From Octopus vulgaris (Eukaryota), in assembly GCA_951406725.2 (NCBI GenBank), contig OX597820.1:46438001-46502000 (forward strand): a stretch of DNA of 64,000 bases, in the 5' to 3' direction. Positions 42,969-54,720 of this stretch are shown here, piece by piece. Position 1 is the stretch's first letter. Each line of letters opens with the position of its first letter. Made by a program: the position numbers and the translations under genes. The notes beneath the pieces are model-generated. The model was not told the origin of the DNA. It worked only from the letters and a program-made list of their open reading frames with translations, and did not search any database.

Positions 42969-43559
42969 CAAAAAGAAAATTAATTCTTCAACATGAAGCA
43001 CAGGGGATTTTTAGGGGACTGTACCTCTGAAAAACCTAAACCTTGTGTATAATACGCACCCCTTCTCTAACTTGAGTCAAGGAGGTCTATATAACGTCCT
43101 TGGTTTGTAAAAATGTAAACAGTAACGTCCTTTATTATTATTGTATATTTAACATAATGCAAACATGTAACTTTTTTGTGCATTTTGTTTGCAGAAAATA
43201 AATAAATAATAGTAATTACATTTAATAAATATTGTTTATTGCAAGTTATGGATGATTCTTTTATGACTTCATTGCTTTCAGGCTTAGCTTAAGGTATTTT
43301 TGCGCCCGACATCACAAAATGCGTCTGAATAAACATTGCCGGACAGCAAATAGAGACTCGAACATTGCTTACTGAAGGCATTCAGAAAGCGATACAAGAA
43401 ACATATAATAGACTGACTATACCGGGGGAGTAGATTCCCGATGGACCATTAGTGAAAGAACTTTATAAAGAAGTACTTGTGAAAACACCTACAAATAATC
43501 AGAAGGACATGATGTAAGTGGTCATTCTCACTTTCCTTCCTCTTGGCCGTACTCAGGAG

Positions 43560-44830
43560 ACACAGTGTAAATGCATATAGCATCAAGTCACCTTGGAAGT
43601 AGGGCCACCTGCATAACGACCTCAGGTCACTAGATATCGAAAAAGTGGCTATCAGTGAGACCGATAGTTCCGGTGTACAAACCTTCGCATCCATCCTCGG
43701 CGGCAAATCTACCGGAAATGGGTAGTAAGTAACTGTGTTGTTTCGGAAAGAACTAGACCTTGCTATATAGTTCCTAGACCCAGAGGTAAATCGGCGGTGC
43801 TGTACATGACCAACAGCGAATGCACTACCTTTAGACTAGTATCCGTCTATCCCACGGCTAAAGTCCTTTCGAGGAAAGTCCCGCTCTTTATTACAAAGGA
43901 TTGGAACGCCATCTTAGATGCACGCAGGGACTGCATGGGGATAGTCGATAGAGTAGGGAGTGAAAAGCCTCGCAAACCTGTTAGATGTTTCCAACTGTCT
44001 GACAGGTACCGACAACATCTCCAGAATGCACACATGTGGACACGGATAAACTGTATCAGGTCATCCAAATCGTATTTAGAGTTTTATGTAGGCTCTTAAA
44101 TAGGGATAGGATAGGTTATCAATATTATAAACAGTCGGTTGCACAGACCACAAATCTGTGAACTGTACAGTCGACCTAGACAGATTTCATAGGTAGGCTC
44201 CGATTAATGAAAACTCAAAGCGTCTTTCCCAGCATGTCAAGCTCATAGAGACTATATTCGCGAATCACTTAAGCGAATGTTGAGGGTGGCAATCGTCAAC
44301 AAGAGATGATAGTTTGCCTTGAAACAGGTGATTAGAATAGAATCGATAAGATTTAGTAAACATGTAGTGATAGAGGAAACAAGATTAGTCAGAAAATTAG
44401 ATATCTAGAAGACGCACTTAGGAAAGACATCATAAACGATGTGCAGGCAGTGAGGTTTGCCCTTAATTAATTCTTCAACATGAAGCACAAAGGCTTCTTT
44501 GTCTAGGATAAAGGGACGTGCTCTACAACACAGAGGAACGCATGCCGTTCGATGGATCTGAGTGGCTGAAACACAGTCTATTAATAAAACTACAATTCGG
44601 TCTTTGGCATACGTTGATGAATGTGTGCCACTCGAGTCCAAGCAGGTGGCTTTTGGTCGACTGTTCGGAATGAGTGAGGGTCAAATTGTCAAATGTACTT
44701 CAGTGACTACCTCGACAGCCTACCGCAACTCTCAGCAACGGTATCGGAGTGTGGCGAAAGGCTGATTACTGCCACTGAAATGAAGAAAGTCATGTTTGGC
44801 TGCACGAAGGGCAAGTTACCAGTGCCTCGT
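43560..44830 (+). pseudogene. Decayed L1/Tx1-like ORF2 (AP endonuclease region)
   Basis: Fragments DLRSLDIEKVAISET, FRLVSVYP, DWNAILD, DRYR...WT and ITATEMKKVM.GCTKGKLP in the expected order, with frameshifts and stops. Confidence 0.7.
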
Positions 44831-44901
44831 GTAGAAGTTCCCTCCCCACAAAAGAATCAGGCCATATTCCTATATTAGAAAGGATTATCATTATTATTAT
44901 T

Positions 44902-45592
44902 AAAGCTGTGACCTGGCAGAATCGTTAGCACACCGAACAAAATGCTTAGTAACATTTTCATCTGTATTTATGTTTTGAGTTTAAATTCCACCGCGGTTGA
45001 CTTAGCCTTTTAGCCTTTCACAGTCGATGAAATCAGTACCAGCTGAGTACTGGGGGTGGATGTCTAACACCGTCGCCAAAAATTTCAGACCTTATACCTA
45101 TAGTAGAAAGGATTGTCGTTATTGGAAAGGCGGTGAGCTGGCAGAATTAGAAGAGTATCGGACAAAATGCCATACTGTATTTTCATTTCCGGCTTTTTAC
45201 TTCTTGGTTTCAGATCATGCTGAGGTGAACTTTCACTTTCATCATTTCGGCATCAATAAAATGAAGTTCCAGTCAAATATTAGGGTCGATGGAATCGACA
45301 AACCCTGACCCCTCAAAATGCTTGACTTTGAGCCTAAATCAAAAGCCAATACTATTGTTATTGATATTATTAACCTAATAGTAATGCAACGAGCTGGTTG
45401 AATCGTTAGCGCGCCGGGTGAAATGCTTAGCGGCATTTCTTCCGTCTTCAGGTTCTGATTTCAAATTCTGCTGAGGTCGACTTTGCTTTTCATCCTCTTT
45501 GGAGTCGATAAAATAAGTAGCAGTTGAGTACTAAGATCGATGTAATTGACTTCCCCCACCCCGAAATTGCTAGCCTTGTGCCAAAATTTAAC
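44902..45592 (+). mobile_element. Three head-to-tail SINE family A copies
   Basis: ctggcagaat / ctggttgaat heads at ~44912, ~45138 and ~45394, each followed by the family core. Confidence 0.85.
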
Positions 45593-46405
45593 ATTTTACT
45601 GTGGTATATCCCTTTAACAACAAGGGTTAATACTCGCCAAGCATTCCCAAAGATATTGTTACACCTCAAACAGAAAAAAAAATTGAAAAAGACGGAAAAG
45701 AAGAAGAATTTTGATAGCAACATTGTTAGTTAGGCGTTGCAAATAAAACGTATCAGTAACCACAACGGTTATTCCTTAATTATTTTTTACGAATCTTGAT
45801 TCCATACGCCCCTTTGTGTGGTGGTGTGTTCCTAAGGAACAAAACAAAACAAATTGCTGAGATAGCCACAGGATAACGGGAAACATGGGTGTTTTCTCAG
45901 ATTTTATACTATGCAGTGATTTGTGACTGCATATATGATATGGACATATATGTATAAGTGTGTTTGCGTGTGTGTAAAAACAGACGCATACATCCACACA
46001 TACATATATACACACAAATATACATATATATATTATTCAAAGGAATTTCAACTCTGTTTTCTATGTTTTATTTGTATTCTTTATAATATTAATGTAGAAT
46101 ATAGAATATATAGTATAAATAGTACATATAGTAAAATGAAATGAAGTATTGATTGTCTTATCGAATAGATGAAATATTAATTATCAAACATTAGGGGACT
46201 GGAATACTTTTTTGCATTTAAGCAGTCTTCAAGGTCACAAGTTGTGACAGGACTGTTTCAACTGTGTACATATATATATATATACGAACTTTTTTTCGAA
46301 CAACGAAAGAAACAAATAGAGAAACGAGACAGGCAGCATAAAGAACATACCCTTCGTCAGTTGTCCCTTGTTTTATCTACTCCGCGTTGAATCTTACCTA
46401 TATAG

Positions 46406-46479
<74 letters not shown>

Positions 46480-46572
46480 GCATACACACACACACATACA
46501 CACACATATCCATACATATACTACATACACACACAAACATGCGCATAAATATATATTTCCCCTTTTCCTTGG

Positions 46573-46604
<32 letters not shown>

Positions 46605-47237
46605 CAAAGAGAGGAGGAGAATTTCGATTAACACAATGTGGTGAGTTGTAATGTAAAAAAATATATACAAAATAAAAGAAGGGAAGTGCACATAGTTTGC
46701 ATAATTTTAATATATTTTTAAATATATTTCATAAGTGAAAGGATATCGTGTTTCTCGACCGGTTTCGCTAATCATGGCATTGAAATTATTGTAATTTCAT
46801 ATTTTCTTAAGATTTTAGTCCATGTTGTGTGTGGAGAAGTTTGTGAATGAATAAATCAACAATTAGAAAAATCTAAGTGAAGGTAATTGTTGATCGTAAT
46901 TATTTGAAGACGGGATAAATAAATATACAGAAACTCAAAAGCTAAAGTAGTGGGATGAAATATGTACAGTGATGGGTATGTGATCATGAATTAGAATATA
47001 TACTGAGATCAAAGATGGTTATGTGTTCATATTTAGACGTGTTCTGTATTTTTCGATAAAAAAATTTTCTTTATTTAAACGTTCTTGTACAGAAATTGTT
47101 TCTTTGCACTGGTAGATGGGGAAAACTGTGAAGTTTGGTTAGATATTACTTGCACATCTCTCTATGTGTTCATTGAAAAGAATCTGCCTGTCTAATTTTC
47201 TTTTTCAGACCAATTACTAAGTTCTGCTACTTTCAGG

Positions 47238-48124
47238 ATGGCTACTAGAGTATGTAAAAATTCTCCAGATACATTTTGCTATGTGTGTGGTTATCATATT
47301 AGAAAAAAGCAGGTATTACATAAGATCGTGAAAGGTGCCAAATTGTGGATAGCGTACAGACTATTTCAGACTGCTCATGGGTGACCAGGACAAACTATGG
47401 GCCCCACATGTGATATGTGAAAGCTGTCGATCTACTTTAGAAGGATGGTTAAGAGGTACAGGAAGGTCAATGCCTTTTGCTATTCCAAGGGTATGGAGAG
47501 AGCCAAGAACCATCACGATAACTGTTACTTTTGTATCATCGATGTGGCAAAGTACAGAAAAGTGAAAAGAAGACAAGCACTTCAGTATCCAGACATACCA
47601 TCATCTAGAGCACCTGTCCCACATGATAGCAGTTTACGAGTACCACTACCACCAGAAAATATTTCATCTGAAGAGTCAACAAGTAGCAGCAGCCAAGAAA
47701 TGGAGGAAGCTTTAGTACCAATAACAACTTCGGAGCCTCACTTTCCAAATCAGAGTGAGCTAGATGATTTTATCAGGGATCTGGGTCTAAGTCAGGAGCT
47801 GAACTTCTTTCATCAAAGTTGAAGGAATGGACTCTACTGGGGGAAGATTGCAAAACATATGTGTACCGCAAATGCCATTGAAATGTACTATGAAAATATT
47901 AATGATCTGTGTTGTAAATATGTGATCGGTTTGTTTACTGCTATTGGACTCAAGCATGATTCTGCAGAATGGCGACTGTTCATAGATAGCTCAACACGAA
48001 GTCTCAAAGCAGTGTTGCTCCACAATGGAAATAAATATCATTCTTTGCCTCTTGCACACTCCAAACAGAAGAAAGAAAATTACTATAATGTCAAAGAACT
48101 TGTCGACAAAATAAACGAGCATAA
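47238..48124 (+). pseudogene. Frameshifted DNA transposase, probably Chapaev3-like (CMC group)
   Basis: MATRVCKNSPDTFCYVCG, GDQDKLWAPHVICESC, MPFAIPRVWREP, NHHDNCYFC and EWRLFIDSSTRSLKAVLLHNGN across shifted frames; truncated. Family name is from memory of the motifs. Confidence 0.75.
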
Positions 48125-48189
48125 ATTTGAATTACTTTGGAAAAAAGGCTGTGTTTAAGTTAACACGTACTCTTCCCCCAGACAAAAAT

Positions 48190-48490
48190 TCCATTGCATC
48201 AAAGACCGCCAAGGACATCGGAGTAACTGTCAATACAACTGAAGCCGGAGCGCCCATATAAACAGCAAAGTCGACATGGCCCGCAAGGCGTGCTCCTGGA
48301 TCCCCAGGACTTTTCTGTCAAGAAATGGTCCTCATCATCTTCACCTTCGTCCGTCCTCACTTTCAATACTGCTGTTGGCTGTGGTCTCCCTACACGAAAC
48401 AAAATATAAGAATTGAAGCCTGACAGAGACCAATCACAAAAAATAGACGACATGGCAGATCTTGATTACTGGGATCATCTCGAGAAGTTC
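48190..48490 (+). mobile_element. Decayed CR1/L2-type LINE RT C-terminal fragment
   Basis: KDIGVTV, AHINSKVDMARK, TFVRPHFQYCCWLWSPY and LDYWD. Mirrored at ~54830-55125. Confidence 0.65.
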
Positions 48491-48626
48491 TAACGCCACT
48501 GTGAAAGATATTCGTATGGTGTGGAAAATATTCCCACAGCATTGGCCATGCTGGCATCAACTTCGAAATCCATATATATATATATATGTGTGTGTGTGTA
48601 TGTGTATGTATGTATATATTTATATA

Positions 48627-48676
<50 letters not shown>

Positions 48677-48732
48677 TATATATATACATATACATATATT
48701 AATCAAAATAAAAACATGATGCCAAGGATTCA

Positions 48733-48810
48733 GCGGTACATATGTTTCGGGCCTTTATTAGACGGATTTATAACAATGCATAATGTGTATCTATGACCTT
48801 CTTCAGCCGC
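48733..48810 (-). ncRNA. Type I hammerhead ribozyme motif
   Basis: GCGG CUGAAGA [stem II] GAA ACAUAUGU A CCGC. Confidence 0.75.
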
Positions 48811-50509
48811 GCACAATTACTACCTCAAGGACATGTATTACATCAAAAATTCTACGTTGGGGATGCAAATCCTCTCATTCGCGTACGACATAATGCGGCA
48901 CCAGCACAAAAATGAAGCGTCCATCCCGTCCTTCTCTCAATGTAGAATGAGGAAGCTTGGATGTTGAGGTAATATAAATAAATGAATAAATAAATATATA
49001 TATATATATATACAGACAGACGTGAGGGAACCTGGTAATAAGAGTAAATAGGGATAAAGATGCAGGGGCGAGAGTTCGGGACGAGGGATAAAAAAATATA
49101 TATAAAAAATATAAAAAATGTACGTATAGAATAATATAAAAATGTAGAGGATAAAGATATAAAGAGTTGTAAGGAGATGTAAAGGGGGTATAAAGAAATA
49201 TAAAGAAATATAAATAAATGTAAAGGCATAAGGTTGTAAAGTAAAAATAGAAATGGAAATAATAGTAAAAGAAGTAAAAGAACCTGATAAAAACATGATA
49301 AAAGTGTAAAAGAATGTAAAGATAAGGGATATATAGAGGTCGCGGACCAAGCATGGTGGTCAGGAGATTGGTAAAACTTAGTTGTAGAACTGTCAGTAAA
49401 TTAACAGTTTCGTCGTAAATCAGAGCTGATGAGAATTTAATCTGGTTCCTTGAATTAAATGGACTTCAGTACATACATATCATCATGGATACATACACCC
49501 ACATACACGCGTACATATACGTCTCCAAGCCTATAAGCATACACACGCGCTCGCGTGTAAACACGTACATAAACACACACGCACCCACACGCACGCGCGC
49601 ACACACACATACATACAACAGAATATCCGCATATATAGACGGACATTACGCGCGTACACGCTCACATGTATATACGCGCGCCCCTCACTACATACACACA
49701 CGTATATGCCCACGCCTCTAGGTCTAGGTATAAGATATTAAAGGATGTGTATAAGAACGTATGTAAAGAATCCCGTACTCATGTTAATACGTGCACGCAC
49801 ACACGGCTGTGTGTCCGTATGTGCGTGCACATATACACTCACATACACACACAGAGACACACGCGCACATGGGTATAGCCATAAGATATCGAAGTATGCA
49901 TGTACATATACGCGCGTGCATATGTATGTATGCGCATACACACGTACGCGGACGCTCGCATACTCAAAAGGCGGATCCATAGGTAAGTAAATAAACATAT
50001 ATAGAGGTGTAAAGCGATAAATTAGGGGTAAGAATGAGGGTAAGGGTAAAGATTAGAAATAAAAAATACAGTATAAAATAAGAAATACAATGTAATAGTT
50101 AGAAATGAAATATAAGAATTATAAGGGTTATAAGAGTTAAGGTAAGGGATGAAAATTAAAATGAGGTAAATGGAAGTAGAATAAAAGTAAAAATAAAATT
50201 AAAAATAAAAATAAATGGAAGTAGGATAAAAGTAAAAATAAAAATAAAAATAAAAAAAATAAAATAAAATAAAATAAAAAATAAAATAAAAAAATAAGGT
50301 AAAAATATAATTTTGTAAAGTTTAACATGAGATGGAGGTGGCACACATATATATATATATATGTATATGTACACATACGTACACGTATGTGCACATACAC
50401 ACGCACACACACACACCCACACACACGCACATATAGGAAAGCGGGATGTGCTGGAGCCGACAGGTTGCATCGGGTGGGAGGAAATAGCATGGGGGAGTTG
50501 GTATAAGAC

Positions 50510-50983
50510 CTAAGCATTGTAGTATTTGAAAGTATTAATAAGTTTATGTATACAGGATGGTTTGAACTCTGACCTTTTGTTAATAAGATTGTGTTTGTCT
50601 TTGAATTTCAAGATGTTCAGGAGTTCTACACAGCATAGTTGGCATCCTGCTCTATTATTTAAATAAGGTGCAGCTGATCCGATGATGGACCATCTGAGTT
50701 TGAAGCCTATGCATTTGTCTTTTAATTCCCAAATTCTTTTAGAGAGGGAGGTGCTGTTAGCCTTATGTCTATGTCTCAGCGAGGACCGGTGGTTGTAGTA
50801 TCTGGATTTCCAGGAGGTTGAGCAACCAATATAGGTGAGTGTGTTAAACTGAGTACTCACCTCACATGAGTATATTACGTTTTTCGCCCTGCATGCGCCC
50901 TGCAGCGGGCACTCTGATGCACATCTGCAGTTGCATTGCATTATTCGGTCGTGTGCTGCTAATCCCAGGCGGAGGTGTTGCAA
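50510..50983 (-). CDS. GIY-YIG endonuclease domain of a Penelope-like element (left arm, 5'-truncated)
   Basis: CNCR..CPLQGAC...VIYSC...YIG...KSRYYNH...STSLSKRIW...CQLC..E...INKRSE...CIH. Lacks 5 bp relative to the right copy, so it is frameshifted against its upstream linker. Confidence 0.85.
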   Translation of the reverse strand: MQHLRLGLAAHDRIMQCNCRCASECPLQGACRAKNVIYSCEVSTQFNTLTYIGCSTSWKSRYYNHRSSLRHRHKANSTSLSKRIWELKDKCIGFKLRWSIIGSAAPYLNNRAGCQLCCVELLNILKFKDKHNLINKRSEFKPSCIHKLINTFKYYNA

Positions 50984-51152
50984 TACGAGTGGGGGCGTTG
51001 GTATCCTCCTGGTTGTTGATGGGTGTAGTATTTCCTCTGTTGTGTTGGCGGGTGTTATTACTAACTGCTTGGGTAGTATGGCTGCCAGTCTGGTTATATT
51101 GCCTACTGTCTAGATGAGGGGGGTTCTGTTGGTCGCTATGGTTTGTTCTTGA

Positions 51153-51740
51153 TCTAGTGGCAGCCATACTACCCAAGCAGTTAGTAATAACACCCGCCAA
51201 CACAACAGAGGAAATACTACACCCATCAACAACCAGGAGGATACCAACGCCCCCACTCGTATTGCAACACCTCCGCCTGGGATTAGCAGCACACGACCGA
51301 ATAATGCAATGCAATGCAACTGCAGATGTGCATCAGAGTGCCCGCTGCAGGGCGCATGCAGGGCGAAAAACGTAATATACTCATGTGAGGTGAGTACTCA
51401 GTTTAACACACTCACCTATATTGGTTGCTCAACCTCCTGGAAATCCAGATACTACAACCACCGGTCCTCGCTGAGACATAGACATAAGGCTAACAGCACC
51501 TCCCTCTCTAAAAGAATTTGGGAATTAAAAGACAAATGCATAGGCTTCAAACTCAGATGGTCCATCATCGGATCAGCTGCACCTTATTTAAATAATAGAG
51601 CAGGATGCCAACTATGCTGTGTAGAACTCCTGAACATCTTGAAATTCAAAGACAAACACAATCTTATTAACAAAAGGTCAGAGTTCAAACCATCCTGTAT
51701 ACATAAACTTATTAATACTTTCAAATACTACAATGCTTAG
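51153..51740 (+). CDS. Asn/Thr-rich linker plus GIY-YIG endonuclease of a Penelope-like element (right arm, 5'-truncated; first Met at 51309)
   Basis: Open frame from the junction: GSHTTQAVSNN...RPNNAMQCNCRCASECPL... VIY-YIG motif with conserved R, E, N and Cys/His zinc ligands. No RT domain present. Confidence 0.88.
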   Translation, partial: SSGSHTTQAVSNNTRQHNRGNTTPINNQEDTNAPTRIATPPPGISSTRPNNAMQCNCRCASECPLQGACRAKNVIYSCEVSTQFNTLTYIGCSTSWKSRYYNHRSSLRHRHKANSTSLSKRIWELKDKCIGFKLRWSIIGSAAPYLNNRAGCQLCCVELLNILKFKDKHNLINKRSEFKPSCIHKLINTFKYYNA

Positions 51741-53395
51741 GTCTTATACCAACTCCCCCATGCTATTTCCTCCCACCCGGTGCAACCTGTCGGCTCCAGC
51801 ACATCCCGCTTTCCTATATGTGCGTGTGTATGTGTGTGTGTGTGTGTGTGTGCGTGTGTATGTGCACATACGTGTACGTATGTGTACATATACATATATA
51901 TATATATGTGTGCCACCTCCATCTCATGTTAAACTTTACAAAATTATATTTTTACCTTATTTTTTTATTTTATTTTTTTATTTTGTTTTATTTTATTTTA
52001 TTTTTATTTTTATTTTTATTTTTACTTTTATCTACTTCCATTTATTTTTATTTTTAATTTTATTTTTACTTTTATTCTACTTCCATTTACTCTCATTTTA
52101 ATTTTCATCCCTTACCTTAATCTCTTATAACCCTTATAATTCTTATTTTTCATTTCTAACTATTACATTGTATTTCTTATTTTATACTGTATTTTTTATT
52201 TCTAATCTTTACCCTTACCCTCATTCTTACCCCTAATTTATCGCTTTACACCTCTATATATGTTTATTTACTTACCTATGGATCCACCTTTTGAGTATGC
52301 GAGCGTCCGCGTACGTGTGTATGCGCATACATACATATGCACGCGCGTACATGTACATGCATACTACGATATCTTATGGCTATACCCATGTGCGCGTGTG
52401 TCTCTGTGTGTGTATGTGAGTGTATATGTGCACGCACATACGGACACACAGCCGTGTGTGCGTGCGCGTATTAACATGAGTACGGGATTCGTTACATACG
52501 TTCTTATACACATCCTTTAATATCTTATACCTAGACCTAGAGGCGTGGGCATATACGTGTGTGTATGTAGTGAGGGGCGCGCGTATATACATGTGAGCGT
52601 GTACGCGCGTAATGTCCGTCTATATATGCGGATATTCTGTTGTATGTATGTGTGTGTGCACGCGTGCGTGTGGGTGCGTGTGTGTTTATGTACGTGTTTA
52701 CACGCGAGCGCGTGTGTATGCTTATAGGCTTGGAGACGTATATGTACGCGTGTATGTGGGTGTATGTATCCATGATGATATGTATGTACTGGAAGTCCAT
52801 TTAATTCAAGGAACCAGATTAAATTCTCATCAGCTCTGATTTACGACGAAACTGTTAATTTACTGACAGTTCTACAACTAAGTTTTACCAATCTCCTGAC
52901 CACCATGCTTGGTCCGCGACCTCTATACATCCCTTATCTTTACATTCTTTTACACTTTATCATGTTTTTATCAGGTTCTTTTACTTCTTTTACTATTATT
53001 TCCATTTCTATTTTTACTTTACAACCTTATGCCTTTACATTTATTTATATTTCTTTATATTTCTTTATACTCCCTTTACATCTCCTTACAACTCTTTATA
53101 TCTTTATCCTCTACATTTTTATATTATTCTATACGTACATTTTTTATATATTTTTTTATATATATTTTTTATCCCTCGTCCCGAACTCTCGCCCCTCCAT
53201 CTTCACCTCTATATACGTATTTATTTATTTACATTACCTCAACATCCAAGTTTCCTCATTCTACATTGAGAGAAGAAAGAGATGGACGCTTCAATTCTAT
53301 GCTGCTGCCGCATTATGTCGTACGTGAACGAGAGGATTTGCATCCCCAACCAAGAATTTTTGATGTAACACATGTCCTTGTGGAAGCTGTTGTGC

Positions 53396-53473
53396 GCGGC
53401 TGAAGAAGGCCACAGACATACATTATGCTTTGTTATAAATCTGTCTAATAAAGGCCCGAAACATATGTACCGC
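53396..53473 (+). ncRNA. Type I hammerhead ribozyme motif
   Basis: Stem I GCGG/CCGC; core CUGAAGA and GAAA; stem II GGCC/GGCC with inner agaca/ugucu; palindromic stem III ACAUAUGU; predicted cleavage after GUA (53469). Confidence 0.8.
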
Positions 53474-53589
53474 TGAATCCTTCGCCTCATGTTTTTATTT
53501 TTATTTTGATCAATTTATATATATATATATATAAATATATATACATATACATATATTAATCAAAATAAAAACATGATGCCAAGGATTCA

Positions 53590-53667
53590 GCGGTACATAT
53601 GTTTCGGGCCTTTATTAGACGGATTTATAACAATGCATAATGTGTATCTATGACCTTCTTCAGCCGC
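53590..53667 (-). ncRNA. Type I hammerhead ribozyme motif
   Basis: Same sequence as 48733-48810. Confidence 0.75.
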
Positions 53668-54562
53668 GCACAATTACTACCTCAAGGACATGTATTACAT
53701 CAAAAATTCTACGTTGGGGATGCAAATCCTCTCATTCGCGTACGACATAATGCGGCACCAGCACAAAAATGAAGCGTCCATCCCGTCCTTCTCTCAATGT
53801 AGAATGAGGAAGCTTGGATGTTGAGGTAATATAAATAAATGAATAAATAAATATATATATATATAAATACAGACAGACGTGAGGGAACCTGGTAATAAGA
53901 GTAAATAGGGATAAAGATGCAGGGGCGAGAATTCAGGACGAAGGATAAAAAAATATAAAAATGTGAAAGATAAAAGAATATAAGTATAGAAATATAAAAA
54001 TATAAAGTATAAAAATATAAGGAAATATAAAAAGTATAAATGAATATAAAGATATAAAATTATTTTAAAAAATATAAAAAATTATCAGAAATATAAAGTA
54101 TATAAGAATATAAAAATGTAAAAGAATATAAGGATAAGGGATATAAAGTTGTTACGGACTAACATGGTGGTCAGGAAGATGACATATTCTGGTTGTAGAA
54201 GCCGTGGGTGTCATAAATCAAATGTACGTATGTACATGTTGACCACTAGACACGTAACGAGGAAATAGATAAGCGGTTTAACCAGACAACTCTAATTTAC
54301 AATACACTAGGTCCCCAGACGCCCCGGTTGATTTATGACACCCACGGCTTCTACAACCAGAATATGTCATCTTCCTGACCACCATGTTAGTCCGTAACAA
54401 CTTTATATCCCTTATCCTTATATTCTTTTACATTGAGAGAAGGACGGGATGGACGCTTCAATTTTGTGCTGGTGCCGCATTATGTCGTACGCGAATGAGA
54501 GGATTTGCATCCCCAACGTAGAATTTTTGATGTAATACATGTCCTTGGGGTAGTAATTGTAC

Positions 54563-54640
54563 GCGGCTGAAGAAGGCCATAGACACACATTATGCATTGT
54601 TATAAATCCGTCTAATAAAGGCCCGAAACATATGTACCGC
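54563..54640 (+). ncRNA. Type I hammerhead ribozyme motif
   Basis: GCGG CUGAAGA AGGCC auagac...gucuaauaa AGGCCC GAA ACAUAUGU A CCGC. Confidence 0.8.
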
Positions 54641-54667
54641 TGAATCCTTGGCATCATGTTTTTATTT

Positions 54668-54719
<52 letters not shown>

Positions 54720-54720
<1 letters not shown>

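Larger units (their letters stand above)
48698..53514. mobile_element. Head-to-head pair of 5'-truncated Penelope-like elements (~4.8-kb palindrome)
   Basis: Arms ~48698-51087 and ~51158-53514 around a 70-bp spacer. GIY-YIG ORFs point outward, hammerheads lie near the outer ends, (TA)n flanks both sides. Confidence 0.88.
53530..54720. mobile_element. Second, shorter head-to-head PLE 3'-end palindrome
   Basis: 53530-53950 repeats 48680-49090; ~54117-54221 is inverted at ~54328-54432; the right arm is internally deleted. Confidence 0.8.

Noticed and set aside
46755-46780. Minus-strand GAAACCGGUC as another hammerhead
   Set aside because: I could not find a matching CUGANGA half at a suitable position.
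50510-51740. GIY-YIG ORFs as a host gene or homing endonuclease
   Set aside because: Intronless, 5'-truncated, duplicated, flanked by hammerheads and (TA)n, with a PLE-type Cys/His pattern.
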